From NCBI GenBank assembly GCA_001687465.1, contig LVLI01000175.1, positions 1 through 64,000 of the forward strand: a stretch of 64,000 bases of DNA, given 5' to 3'. The notes below the pieces were generated by a model that made no database searches, was not told where the DNA came from, and saw only the letters and a list, made by a program, of their open reading frames with translations. This DNA is from Halocafeteria seosinensis. Its lineage: Eukaryota. A program made the position numbers and the translations under genes. This document shows positions 47,201 to 58,800 of this stretch, piece by piece; the first letter of the stretch is position 1, and each line of letters opens with the position of its first letter.

Positions 47201-48847
47201 TGACTCCAGTATTCCATGGTGATCGAATCGTCTTCTTCGTTGCCTCGCGAGGTCACCATGCAGACATCGGAGGAATCGCTCCTGGGTCAATGCCTCCTCT
47301 GTCAAAGTATCTGGTGGAAGAGGGAGCTTCTATTGTCGCATTCAAGCTTGTGCGTAATAACAAGTTCGAAGAGAATGGTATAACGGATCTGTTAATGGCA
47401 CCGGGGAAGTCAGGCGTCCCCGGTTGCGCAGGTTGCCGAAATTTAAAAGATGTCTTGTCAGACTTAAAAGCCCAGGTTGCGGCAAACGAGCAAGGGGTGA
47501 AATTGATGCACTCTCTCATTGGAGAGTACAGTCTCAGAGTCGTCCATGCATACATGAACTTCATCCAGGTAAGTCCAGCGGTAATAAATGGTGATCTTCC
47601 TTAATGAAAGAGCTATGGGTATAATAAATTGATGGCGCAGGAGAATGCTGAAACAGCTGTACGTGATATGTTGAAGAAATTCTCCACAGATCGTGGATTG
47701 TTGGAGAAAGACAAAGTTGTCGCCCATGACCTCATGGATGATGGTAGCGACATCAATCTAACAATTCACATTGATAGGAATGACGGATCAGCCACTTTCG
47801 ATTTTGAAGGCACCAGCGCGGAGGTTTATGGCAATACAAACGCGCCACCGGCGGTCACCTACAGTGCCATAATCTACTCGCTTCGATGTTTAGTCGGTAT
47901 GTATGCAGCTTGTTGCTGCACTAAGACAGTATTGTACCATCGAGTTTGGATAGTCGTGCAGGAATGGATATCCCTTTGAACGAAGGCTGTCTTAAGCCTG
48001 TGACTGTGAATATTCCGGAGTCATGTATCCTTAATCCCTCGGCTGAGGCAGCAGTGGTGGGAGGAAATGTCCTTACTTCTCAACGTGTGGTGGACGTAGT
48101 ACTGAAAGCGTTTAAAGCCGCTGCTGCATCGCAAGGTTGTATGAATAATCTCACATTTGGGAACGACAGGATGGGCTACTACGAAACAATCGCTGGAGGT
48201 ACGTAGAGTGTTGCTAATGCATTGAGGAATAAATTCATGATACGTATTTCTTGTCACAGGCGCGGGCGCTGGACCTAGCTGGAGCGGTAGGAGCGGTATG
48301 TCGACAACGGCATAGGAGGCCTTCACTGCCGTTTGAATTGTTACATTTTTTGCCTTGTTCTGCAGGAGTGCATACGCATATGACCAACACCCGCATTACA
48401 GATCCAGAGATATTCGAACAGAGGTACCCGGTGTTGCTTCATCAGTTTAGGCTGAGACAAGGGAGCGGCGGAAAAGGCTTATATACAGGTGGAGACGGCG
48501 TAGTTCGGGAAATTGAATTCCGTGCTCCACTCATAGTCAGCATTTTGAGTGAACGACGCGTTCTCGCTCCCTATGGTCTAGAAGGAGGCGAAGATGGCAA
48601 ACGTGGCAAAAATTATTTGACTCTGTGTTCCTCGCAGCGAACAATTAGCCTAGGAGGAAAGAACACAGTACGAGTGCAATGTGGCGATAGGTTACTATTG
48701 TTCACACCTGGCGGCGGAGGGTTTGGTTCTGAAGGCACCGCCCATGCAGATATGAACCTCCAAACAGAGACAGAGGTAGAATACCCTCAAAGGAGACATG
48801 GTGGTGGATCTCTGGCTAAGTTTAAGGCCACACAAGAAAGTGCATAG
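44238..48847 (+). CDS. OPLAH: 5-oxoprolinase (ATP-hydrolysing; fused hydantoinase A/B type), multi-exon
   Basis: [107 protein letters not shown]. Confidence 0.98.
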
Positions 48848-49170
48848 TCAATTCAATTACATTTTCGACCGTAGGTATAAGGTGTGGCTCTTTGAGGGCT
48901 TATCAGTCCGCATGTGGCGGTAGGCTCTGTTAGGACCGGAAACAATGTAATCATGCATTGAACGGGATATTCAAATGGTACTTAGTCAAGTGCTTACCGT
49001 AGTAGGCAACGTTCACGCGGTTTATGCTCCTGCCCAATCCTTCCGGGTAGCGCAGTGTTGTGCTGTGCTCTTCCCTGTTAACATCTCTTGCATGTCCATG
49101 CAACCCAGCACTGCATGTCACGTAGAACACTTAAGATGGATTTCTTCCTCATTGAAATGCTCTCCACAAC

Positions 49171-49770
49171 CTACCTGTAGTTTCGGCAAGTTCTCCTGTG
49201 AGATTCCGCTAAGGCCTTCTGTAGAATTGACTGTCCATCTCGACAAGGCTGTTGCTCGCGCTGAGTGCGTTCGAACTTTGTAGTGACGTCCGCGCCTCTA
49301 CGTGTAGAGCATGTGCTGCCAGACAAAACGCTCCCATTTCGAGACGACCTGCCGCTAAAACGAGATCCTGAATCTGCGTCAGTGACTTCCCTTTTCTGAT
49401 AATTTGCGCTGACATTTTTCAATCTTTGCTTTCTGGCTGTTTCACGCAACTGATGATTCCATGCCTTTGTGGCATAGTTGTGTTCCCGAATTGACTGCGG
49501 ACACTTTCGAGCTATTGTACCTGCCCGAGCGACCATGAGAGGTTCATTGGCCTGGTTCGGGTACCGTAGATATCTTTCCGGGTAGTCTGTCGTAAAGTCA
49601 TACGGGATTCCTCGGTCAAACGCAAGCGTATGCGGTCTTCCTTTCGGGTGGGTACGTCGATAGGCCTCGGCTGAATGAAAATGTGGTAAAATGTGGTCCG
49701 TTGTCTTCCTGTAGCCGGGACTCCGGTTCCTTGTATCTCCTTGTGGAGGAGTTGCAGACGTGAATGACAT
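49171..49770 (-). CDS. Hypothetical basic protein; probably continues in further exons to about 48900
   Basis: About 200 open codons from MSFTSATPP, ending at a GTAGG donor-like site. Confidence 0.5.
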   Translation of the reverse strand: MSFTSATPPQGDTRNRSPGYRKTTDHILPHFHSAEAYRRTHPKGRPHTLAFDRGIPYDFTTDYPERYLRYPNQANEPLMVARAGTIARKCPQSIREHNYATKAWNHQLRETARKQRLKNVSANYQKREVTDADSGSRFSGRSSRNGSVLSGSTCSTRRGADVTTKFERTQREQQPCRDGQSILQKALAESHRRTCRNYR

Positions 49771-50079
49771 CTTGTACAATATAGAAATCACAAATAAACC
49801 TTTCCCTACATGCACTGCCCTCTGTTATCACCACTATGTGAATGATGCAACTACCTAGCACGAGAATAACCCAATCCAAAGGAGTTGAAACACTGTCTTC
49901 GTACGAGATGCAACGGGTATCCAGACCATCAACGGTCACATCTCCGGGAATTTGACTCCGGCAGAGTCATCAGCTCGCATTTAATAGTCAAAGATGCGGG
50001 TTATTATTTGTTTCGATATGTCATTTAAGTAAGTATTCATGAAATGCAAGATTTTCTTGTTCATTGACGGGAGCTAGGG

Positions 50080-52062
50080 TCAAAAGTCTTCCAGGAAACC
50101 AGGCAATTGAAATGATGCCATGCTGCCTACAGGAAGTATTAACAAATTCTGTCGGGCGGGATCCAACTGTTTCCAACGAGGTTTCCCTTTGTGCACTCTA
50201 TTGCTACAAGTCGAATGGTTGCTTGGCAGCTGACCATCCGGATCTAGCTGTTTCCATGGAGGCTTTCCCTCTGGCGTACAGCTATTGCTAGAAGCATCGG
50301 CTCGACTGCCTTGAACTCGAGTGGGCTCGGTTGGCGCTGATTCCTCAGTAGCAGATTCTGAGTTCGAGTTAGCACTAGCGGAAGCACCTTGACCAATTCC
50401 TTGTAACCATTTTTCCATCTCCTCTAGCGACGAGGACGTTGAAGGCCCAGCGGACTGTAAACCTGTTCCCTTTCCGTCGCCAAACACAGAGGTAGCAAGC
50501 GAAACTACGGACTCCTCTCCAGATTCGCAAATGCACTCTGTTTTGCTGTTTGCTGTTGTATCGGTAGTATGATGAAGCGAGTCATCTCGGAAGATAGCAT
50601 TCCACTGGTCTATAGAAATCCAATTTGTAGCTCCATCTACAAAACACACTAGTGGTTCGATGTATTGTACACCAGAATTTATACAATGGTGAGAGTTAAA
50701 TTCGAATGCCTCTTTGTGAGACACATTCTCATTCATGAATTCTTGTTCCCGAGAGTTCCATGACTTTTTACCCAGCAAGTTAGTCGTCTTGTGAGGGTTG
50801 TTCACTCGAGGAATACATGCGTAGGCGGGGTTCCATAGCGACATCCATTGCCTAGATAGAAGAAAGTGCAGCCAGCGCCTCAAGAAATAGAACCTTCTTG
50901 TAGAGGAGAAGTAAGACGTCATAGTACTGCAGAAGTACTTCTCTTGATGCTTGAATTTCTCATGCATGGTATCGAACAGACGCCATTCGTGAGCAAAACG
51001 TTCCAATATTCCCCTAAGAAGGTTTGGGATAAACGATGGAATTCTGCTTTGAATATCGTAAATAACAGCAAGCCAACATCGCAGCAGTTGGGTGAAACCA
51101 GTGCTATCTGCACTTATCTTCAGTAGAGTGGTCGAAGGTACGAGAGGACTATCAAATGTCCAACAGGGAGGCACTGACGGAGAAGAAAGCGTAGTTCCAA
51201 GGTCATCCGGTTTTTGAGGACGTCCGTCCAAAAGCATCGGGATCAGGACTCCACCGATTACCGTGTCTGGGCAATAACTCAAGCGGTCATACATCTTGTC
51301 CAGCAGCTGGCGTTCATCTGAGGCGGAAGCGAAAGGCGAGATAGAGTTACTAATGCTCTTTACTAGCTCTTCTATTTTCGATCCATCAGCATCACTTAGG
51401 ACTTTCAATCTTATGGTTGCAAGATCGCTCAAAATATCAGCCAGTATTTTTGACTGAGATATGTTCTCGAGCCGTCGGTATTGCGGTATCCAATAGTTGG
51501 TGAATAGCCAGTCAATAGCCCAAGAACGAGCATACAGTAGTGTTTCTATGGACGGCAACTGTGTGTGAGTTGCTTCATGTCGAAGATCCACAAGTACCCG
51601 TGGAATGCCCAGTTTCTTTGCAATTCCATTGACTGACATCGCTTTCGCTTTCGTTTGCAGGGGGTCAATTAGCCCATTGACCATCCGAACGATGGCCATA
51701 GAAGTAGCCAGACGGTCTTCCAAGACCGTTCTTGCTCTACTACCGCCCTGTTGCAGTTGCTGGGGGAAGTCATGATGTAGGCCACAAGACAATATATGAG
51801 CTGTGGAAGTCACCGCCACTGGAACTTTCCCTCGAGTTTCCCACGCCGCAATTCTATCCAATGCCCACTGTTTCGAATCCAGTTCTGCCGCACAAAGCGC
51901 CCGGTACACACTGCACCATTCTCCCCACGAGACCCATGGCACGTAGGGAGGCACATCCACGGCAGGTTCCTTCCGGTACGAGGCCGACGCTGACGCTGAC
52001 GCTGCCGACTGTGTCCCTCCGTCTCCTTCACGATGGCGTTTCCTGGAGCCTTTCTGGTTCAT
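50080..52062 (-). CDS. LAS1: Las1-like pre-rRNA ITS2 endonuclease (HEPN domain)
   Basis: VPWVSWGEW, IAAWETRGKVPVAVTSTA, MAIVRMVNGLIDP, IAKKLGIPRVLVDLRHEATH (RxxxxH catalytic motif), WLFTNYW. Confidence 0.95.
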   Translation of the reverse strand: MNQKGSRKRHREGDGGTQSAASASASASYRKEPAVDVPPYVPWVSWGEWCSVYRALCAAELDSKQWALDRIAAWETRGKVPVAVTSTAHILSCGLHHDFPQQLQQGGSRARTVLEDRLATSMAIVRMVNGLIDPLQTKAKAMSVNGIAKKLGIPRVLVDLRHEATHTQLPSIETLLYARSWAIDWLFTNYWIPQYRRLENISQSKILADILSDLATIRLKVLSDADGSKIEELVKSISNSISPFASASDERQLLDKMYDRLSYCPDTVIGGVLIPMLLDGRPQKPDDLGTTLSSPSVPPCWTFDSPLVPSTTLLKISADSTGFTQLLRCWLAVIYDIQSRIPSFIPNLLRGILERFAHEWRLFDTMHEKFKHQEKYFCSTMTSYFSSTRRFYFLRRWLHFLLSRQWMSLWNPAYACIPRVNNPHKTTNLLGKKSWNSREQEFMNENVSHKEAFEFNSHHCINSGVQYIEPLVCFVDGATNWISIDQWNAIFRDDSLHHTTDTTANSKTECICESGEESVVSLATSVFGDGKGTGLQSAGPSTSSSLEEMEKWLQGIGQGASASANSNSESATEESAPTEPTRVQGSRADASSNSCTPEGKPPWKQLDPDGQLPSNHSTCSNRVHKGKPRWKQLDPARQNLLILPVGSMASFQLPGFLEDF

Positions 52063-52229
52063 TATCGTCTAAAGAACAGCATTGTTGTGCAAACTAGAGA
52101 GACAAGAAGCACGAAAGATATTTTTTTATCCTCACTCGTTGAGTGATAATAATACAGTGTAAGTGTCCTTTCTATCTAGTGGTGTTCAACGTTGGCCTCC
52201 TTTCAACATTGCAGTCTTGCCACAGGAAA

Positions 52230-52391
52230 ATGGACTACGAGAGCCGAAATGACAGGAAAGAGGAAGGACAAGAACGCCCTACAGAAGGTGGACAGCCTCA
52301 AACGGAACGTGAACGAATGCATATGGAGCTAAAGGAGGAACTTTTACAGCTACCAGAAGCGCTCTTCAGAAAAGTGGTGCTGTTTTTGTGA
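52230..52391 (+). CDS. 53-aa micro-protein ending in an F-box-like motif
   Basis: MDYESRND..KEELLQLPEALFRKVVLFL*; the tail fits the L..LP.E....I..FL start of an F-box. Confidence 0.45.
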   Translation: MDYESRNDRKEEGQERPTEGGQPQTERERMHMELKEELLQLPEALFRKVVLFL

Positions 52392-52565
52392 GAGACCGCC
52401 CGCCAACACAAGCATACAACAAGAATTTATTAGTGGAAGGAGCCTCACTTACGTCGAGGGACGTTTACCCGTGGATGAGATGAGCGTGCAAAATAACGAA
52501 ATCGAATTCACAGGAAGGAAGTGAGGCGGTGGGTGGGGAATAGCACGTGATGTGTACTATTGACA

Positions 52566-53169
52566 CTAATAGTTATGCCGTAGTTCTCTATCGAAGCGCT
52601 CTGCTGTTAATTGACCAGGTAGAGTTTCGAAGTTATCGTTGAATACTGAATAAGCACTTTTCTCTCCTTTCTTTCTGGTACCCAATTGTGTGCACATCTG
52701 AAGGGAGTGGAGGTCACAGAATTAAAGATGGCTGGCTTTTTCCATACGTATAACAGCTTTCACGTACCAAATACATTAAGGTGACCATGAACCAAATAAG
52801 CCAGAAGTCTCCCAAAAAATAGCAAACCACGAACCATAACGTCACTTTCAGCAAGAACTGTACACAGCAAAGGGTGAGTAGATGTATTCCCAAAGTGCAC
52901 TTCTCAACAACATACCATGGGAGCAAACAAAGCCTTTAGCCATCCTAGCACTGTTCGCTTCCATTCCTCACGCTCAGCCATGCGGTCTGAAATGCATAAA
53001 CGAAGTGGTGGTTGATGGTGATGCCGAGTAGATAAACCCCACAATTTTTCACCATCATAGACGCACTTATAAAGTCCTCATGTGCCTCGTCTCTATATCT
53101 TGCCGGCCGCTGTGCAGGAGGAGGTCTTCTGACAATTTCCCCATTGATAATTAGAGGCGCTCCCTGCAT
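52566..53169 (-). CDS. SAYSD1: SAYSvFN-domain protein, 3 exons
   Basis: The last exon (missing from the ORF track) translates MCTQLGTRKKGEKSAYSVFNDNFETLPGQLTAERFDRELRHNY*. It follows a hydrophobic exon (FLLKVTLWFVVCYFLGDFWLIWFMVTLMYL). Confidence 0.92.
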
Positions 53170-53453
53170 TGTGTTGTTTCTAGCTCAATCAATTCACTAG
53201 CTCGACAGGAGCAGCATGGAGAGTCCATCAAGCAACGCAGAGGCACGTCATACCCAGCCTCCGTATGGATCCAGTATTTTCAGATAGAATCCTCCAACAA
53301 GATGCACTAATACATGAGCATTTACTGTGGCATACAACCCAATCATTTTCAAACAGTGTTATTGTTTTGGTAAACTTCAATGTATCCTCGTCTGATTCGT
53401 GAGTCATGACAACTCGAGAACAACCTCTCGGCAACAATAGAGACAGAGAATCG

Positions 53454-54236
53454 CTAAAAATCCTGAAAGTGCCTCATTACGCGCTCAATAGATATTGATG
53501 CCGTATCCGATCGCAGCCGCAAGAATGCCATAATGGTCCAGCCTTTCACACGGGTAGGATTTTCTAATCGACCCTGTCTGAGGCCATCTGCTATCGATAT
53601 TTTGCCGTTCACTTTACGTGTATACAAAAAGGGATTACGCGAGTAGTAGTGATCAGAACGGCCGAGATGTTCAGATATGATTTCTTTCACCTTGTTCAAA
53701 GCGTCCAGGAAGTCGAATTCTTGCTCTAAGAACTCAGTCGCGCGATGGTCATGAGCACGGGTTTGCGCCTCGTTCCGTAGATGCGCCTCCACCATTTCCT
53801 CCACTTGTCTCCCAATTCTCCGCGCAATAGTGTCTTCCTCAACATCCGCTTGTGATTGAGGGCTCTCATACTCGGTGAGCTTCTTGTCCACCCACGAGTA
53901 GATTTCTCCCCGTAAGTTGTTGTTGGGAAACTGCGCTCCCGGATTCAGAAGTACGGAATTCGTTGCAGGTGATCTATTGGACTGTTGTAGCCAGCGATTG
54001 ATAGCTGATCTCTCATATGTGTACCCATCTCCAATGACGGTAGGTTCAGTCATGATGGTTTGTGTGATGGGACAAATGAACGACGGCGAGCACTCAGCTT
54101 CCACGTCCGCTCCGTGTCGACTTCGTAGCTTTTGAATCTTATCCTCTAGCCTCTCCCTGACACCTGTATTCACGGACGACGAACGAGGAGGAGGCCGGGT
54201 ACCTCCTCTCTGAGACGTAGACGCATTATTTCCCAT
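53454..54236 (-). CDS. U-box domain protein (E3 ligase-like), possible N-myristoylation (MGNNAS)
   Basis: PSFICPITQTIMTEPTVIGDGYTYERSAINRWLQQSNRSPATN..PNNNLRGEIYSW. Confidence 0.9.
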   Translation of the reverse strand: MGNNASTSQRGGTRPPPRSSSVNTGVRERLEDKIQKLRSRHGADVEAECSPSFICPITQTIMTEPTVIGDGYTYERSAINRWLQQSNRSPATNSVLLNPGAQFPNNNLRGEIYSWVDKKLTEYESPQSQADVEEDTIARRIGRQVEEMVEAHLRNEAQTRAHDHRATEFLEQEFDFLDALNKVKEIISEHLGRSDHYYSRNPFLYTRKVNGKISIADGLRQGRLENPTRVKGWTIMAFLRLRSDTASISIERVMRHFQDF

Positions 54237-54790
54237 CCCTTGTAGCAGGATGTTGGTGGTGGCGGATACCACTCCAGAGCTCGGTTAACCATGCCACATC
54301 GCCATGAGCAGGATGGCTAGATCCTCTTGCTCACTGGGAGAGAAACCAACATTGCGGGATGCTAACAACACCATATTGCTATTCGTCAATGAAGCGCCAT
54401 GAAGGGCCTTTTGATGCTTGATAGGGCTTGAAGGGCAACTTCACAAAATGCTTCACACAGGGATTCACACCAGTCTACCAGCCATCTGCATGGAATCAAT
54501 GGCTCGTTTCAGCAGCTCATAGGTATATATGACGGGATCGTTTGTTATAGTGTGCATGTCAGGATTCAGTTAGCGTTGAGACGCTCGGAATCACTTGCGG
54601 CTACTTGTGAAGTTCCCATTCAAATCCTGGAGTAGTGATATATCGAACATGTGCGAAACAAGTGTCAACCAACAGCCATTTGGCTCAAGTTAATTACACC
54701 TAGAGCAACGAAACAAATATAGACTTCGACAATAACTATGACATGCAGTGGATATGAATCCAACTTGAAAGACTGAGCTCAGGAGATAGA

Positions 54791-55495
54791 CTAAGCAGAG
54801 GGAGTTACGTGACGCAGCATCGCCCTGATGGTGATTCCACGGGTGTCTGGACGTGCACGCAGGAATTGCAAGATTCTCCTTCCTTCTATCTGTTCACATT
54901 TAGGGTCCCCTTGAAGGAGTCCTTCCATTATAGAAATTTTGTTGGCCCACTTCCTTGAAATACGCATAGGATCTATAGCATATCGGTGAGACGTCCCACC
55001 GTACACTTGGTCAATCAAGGTCTTCACCGATGGGGCGGCAGTGTTAATATCAAAATACTGATTCTCAAAGTCATATACTCTATCTTCGAAGCGTCTGCTG
55101 TCATTGTGGGAACAGCCTTGACACTCCCACTGCAGTTGTAGAAGTTCTTCCTGCAGTCGCCGCACATGTACCTGTAACCCCGATCCTACGAAAGTTCCAC
55201 ATTGATATTCTTTCAGTCGTTGTTCTACCCATGTAAATATTTCTCCACGCAATGCGTGATTGTAGATTTTGTGTGTTGTGGGTAGCTGCTCACCAGTCAT
55301 CGGTGAAGTACGTGACGATGCCAGCCAACGCTCTATTTCCTCCTGCTGGTAGTTGTGACCATCTTCCAAGAGAACAGGATCAGACATTAACGTGAGAGAA
55401 ATCGGGCAAACGAACCTCTGATCGCATTCTTCATCAACGTTGCACCCTCTCTCTTTAAGTTCTTCTACCTTCCTATCCAAATTCTTGTTATCCAT
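54791..55495 (-). CDS. U-box domain protein, tandem paralog of 53454-54236
   Basis: RFVCPISLTLMSDPVLLEDGHNYQQEEIERWLASSRTSPMTGEQL..NHALRGEIFTW. Confidence 0.9.
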   Translation of the reverse strand: MDNKNLDRKVEELKERGCNVDEECDQRFVCPISLTLMSDPVLLEDGHNYQQEEIERWLASSRTSPMTGEQLPTTHKIYNHALRGEIFTWVEQRLKEYQCGTFVGSGLQVHVRRLQEELLQLQWECQGCSHNDSRRFEDRVYDFENQYFDINTAAPSVKTLIDQVYGGTSHRYAIDPMRISRKWANKISIMEGLLQGDPKCEQIEGRRILQFLRARPDTRGITIRAMLRHVTPSA

Positions 55496-55811
55496 GGCAA
55501 CAACGTGGTTCCTTTCACAATTACCAATAGTGGAGAAGTAAACACAATTCGCCCTTCCGACGCCACGAACAACGATATTCAGACAAACGAAAATGCAGTA
55601 AAACTATCCTTCTCTCTTGAGATACAGTATTCTAACCCCTACTGATGGTTCAAGTTGTGAAGCCACTTCCTCACATTGCTCCGGCACCCTCAGGGTCAGG
55701 GTGAGCGAAGGCAACCTCGATTCAATTCCATTCCAGATAGGATTGCGTCTAATTGAACAGCTATAATTTTCGTAAAGTGGGGCATGGTACATACAATTGA
55801 TCGATGTACAC

Positions 55812-58800
55812 TCAATACTGCGCATCGACTATATACCTCCCCGCGAGTTCTGGAGATTGGACAGGATCCACTTTCATTTCGTGGCCAAAACTCTCCGAGA
55901 GAACTTTTCGTACATAGAAATCATAATATTCATTGGGTAAAGTACTGAGAAGTTTGGAGGCTTCTTTACTCCGTTCTTCTGCTTCAGTAACCGGTAGCGG
56001 ATCTGCATTTCCATAGAGGTCCTTCGAATTGCGCAGCTCATCGGGTAAAATATTGTCTTTCCAGAATACATTGACAGCAATGCTCGTTCCAGATACACTT
56101 GTTACGCTATGGCACCACAAAGATGGGATAAATAATACATCTCCTTCTCTCATCAAAAACTCCACGGCATTCTTGCGGGCATAAGGTGCCAATGGAAACT
56201 GAGAAGTATCGATGAAATCCCAGTTCAATACCTTGGAGGAGGAGCCTTTCAGATACAAGCAGTCCGAAACAGAAGGGGGAAATAAGATAACCCTTTTCTT
56301 GCCGTGAAGCTGTACAAGCACATTGTCCATGACGTCATAGTGAGTCCACAGCGTCATACCCGGAGACGCAACACGGAAAACTGAGGAAAAATATGCGCCT
56401 GAAGGAACAAGCCACTTTAGTTTTTGAAACGGTAAACTTCGTGAGAGGTCGGGGAAGTCTTTCCAGAAGTGGGCCCTAGTTCTTCGAGGGTTGTCACCAA
56501 CTGCCCGTAGATAAATGCTTCCAGTATCTTGCTTAGTGTTCTCACATCGCTGCAGCAATTCCTGGAAAGTCATATTCTGAAAGCAGAAGTTCTTGTCAGT
56601 GAAGTCCATTCTAGCATTGGCCGAAACATGAGCGCTCACGCGGGTCTCCCCACTCTTGTCACCCCTTGCTAGCAAATTACAAGGACGAAATGCCTCCACA
56701 ATGTCACTACTGATTGCAGTCTGCAACAGAAGCGGCCTTCGCCTCGCCCATAGGACATACTGCACGGTGTGTTCGTTAAGTAAGTCGAGTGAGGGAGAGC
56801 AAAGAGATGTTGCCGAAGCAATGTCACCAGCTCTAAAGCCCGATGTCCGAGACAGATCGCTGCGCACAATTTCTTCAATCTGTTTTGTGGTTTGTTCAAG
56901 AGTTGACATTGCTGGGAAGCAATGAATGTCTGCCACACAATGTAAAATGTTTGGTGCATAGCTTTTCACCCTAACAATACTGTGGCATGATACTGTCCAT
57001 CGCTTTCCAAAGTTACTGGATAACCGTTGAATCTCATCACGCACATATTGACCCCATTTGTCCTTTCTGGCTTCTTTCTTATTAATATTTCCATGAACAT
57101 GCATCCAACCTCCCCGCTCTTTCATCACCTGAACTGCAACAGACCAAGCGTCTTCACTACTTGGCAGCAAACCGAGATTGACACGATCAGCCACGTTCGG
57201 TATTCTTGGGGCGAGCTCCTGGTTATCGCAAAGATATAGCGAGACTCTGTCTTCCACACCGTTCAAGCGCACGTTCTTTTCCAAGCAATTCATTGCAGCG
57301 GGATTGATATCACAAGCATGTACATGTGCTACCTTTGCATGAATAAGGTAAGGGATGGTAAAATAACCTATGCCCGCATACAGATCGACCACTGTTTCTC
57401 CTTCAGCTGGAAACGAAGCAACTCGTGCTTTCTCTGTGTCATTCCCCGTGCTGAACATTACTTTAGTAATATCAAGTGTGTATAGTATCCCATTTTCCTT
57501 GATCGTTACCCAAGGGTCATCTCCAAAGAGCAGTTCAACTCTTGAGTCCCGCGTACAACTTTGCGCGATTTCCGACCGCCGCGTAACTATTCGTGCGTTT
57601 GCAAGCTGTGCTAGGTCTTGCCAAATTCGTGGTACCAATTGGCTATCTCCAAGCTGTATCTTCGGTTGTTCCCAAAGAGGATCAACCAGTGAGTGCGGTG
57701 ATAACATCAAAGCGTCTGAACAAAACTCTAGTTTGTTTGGTATATCCGTTTCTAGCCGTATCGGAAGTCTATATTGTTGCATGAACTCCTTCAGATATAC
57801 TTGAACTCGTTCTAATAGCGATTGTCTCCGAGGCTGTTTATGTGTTTCGCCACATCGAGCGGTGCCGGCTTGGATAAGCAGCGGCGAAGTTGCAAGGTCT
57901 TCCAGGTGTTCTATTACAGTATCAAAATTTCCGTCGATTGACAATAGTTTTTGGCGATGTTGTGAAAGCGCGCCAGTAAGTTCACCCCGATACGGTACAC
58001 GTAAGAATTGGGAGCTTTGGAACCACGAAACAGCCGGAATACTTATTGGCTTCAATTTTTTAGGCTTTTTATCTGTATCGCTGCGATTGGATAAGTGCCT
58101 AAGCAGCGTAAGCGGGATACGAGTCAATTGTTCAATGAAGCCTTTTGCTGAGCAAAACATGTGGTCGCTTCTTCGAAGTGCTGCTAAAATCTTCTCAGAT
58201 TCCTGAGGACTGCATGCATGCATTTTCCTCTTCAGATCAAGGATACCAATGAATTTGAAGAGTTCGGAGCAATGCATTGCAGCTTGTTTCGGAACGATCA
58301 CCCACGATTCGGATGCTTCAGCTATGTTTCCGTTACTGGACTGAGTGCCAGGGTTGGTCGGGACGAGAGAGGTTGCTTCTTGTTGACCAGGCTTCTCAGC
58401 TATAGGGCAATACGAGTACAGAAGACTGCGAAACAGGGAAATTTCATCCCCCTTCTCCACCTCCGGTATGTCGCGCGATCTCTGGGTATCCAGTGCCTTT
58501 TCTCCTTGTGCAGAAATAGGGATCCACATCAAGATGTCAATGTCATCCGGCAAACCCGAGTCTGAATATCTTTTCCTCTGATCTTTTTTCTCCTTTCTTC
58601 GCAACGATTTCCCTGGAAGAGAATTCTTTAACGATTTGGACATATCTACGATCGGCAGTTGCGAAGCGATACTATTAAGCCTCAAGAAACTGTCATACGT
58701 TCGTTTATCCAAAAGTGTTCGAGCTCGACCATACCTGCGGATTTTCTCTGTTTGATCCAGAAGCCCATCTTTCGCCAAGATAACTTTCGCTGGTTCCGTA

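Noticed and set aside
44238..48847. Apparent frameshifts or split ORFs in 5-oxoprolinase and other genes
   Set aside because: The breaks examined are explained by short GT-AG introns; these are not pseudogenes or recoding sites.
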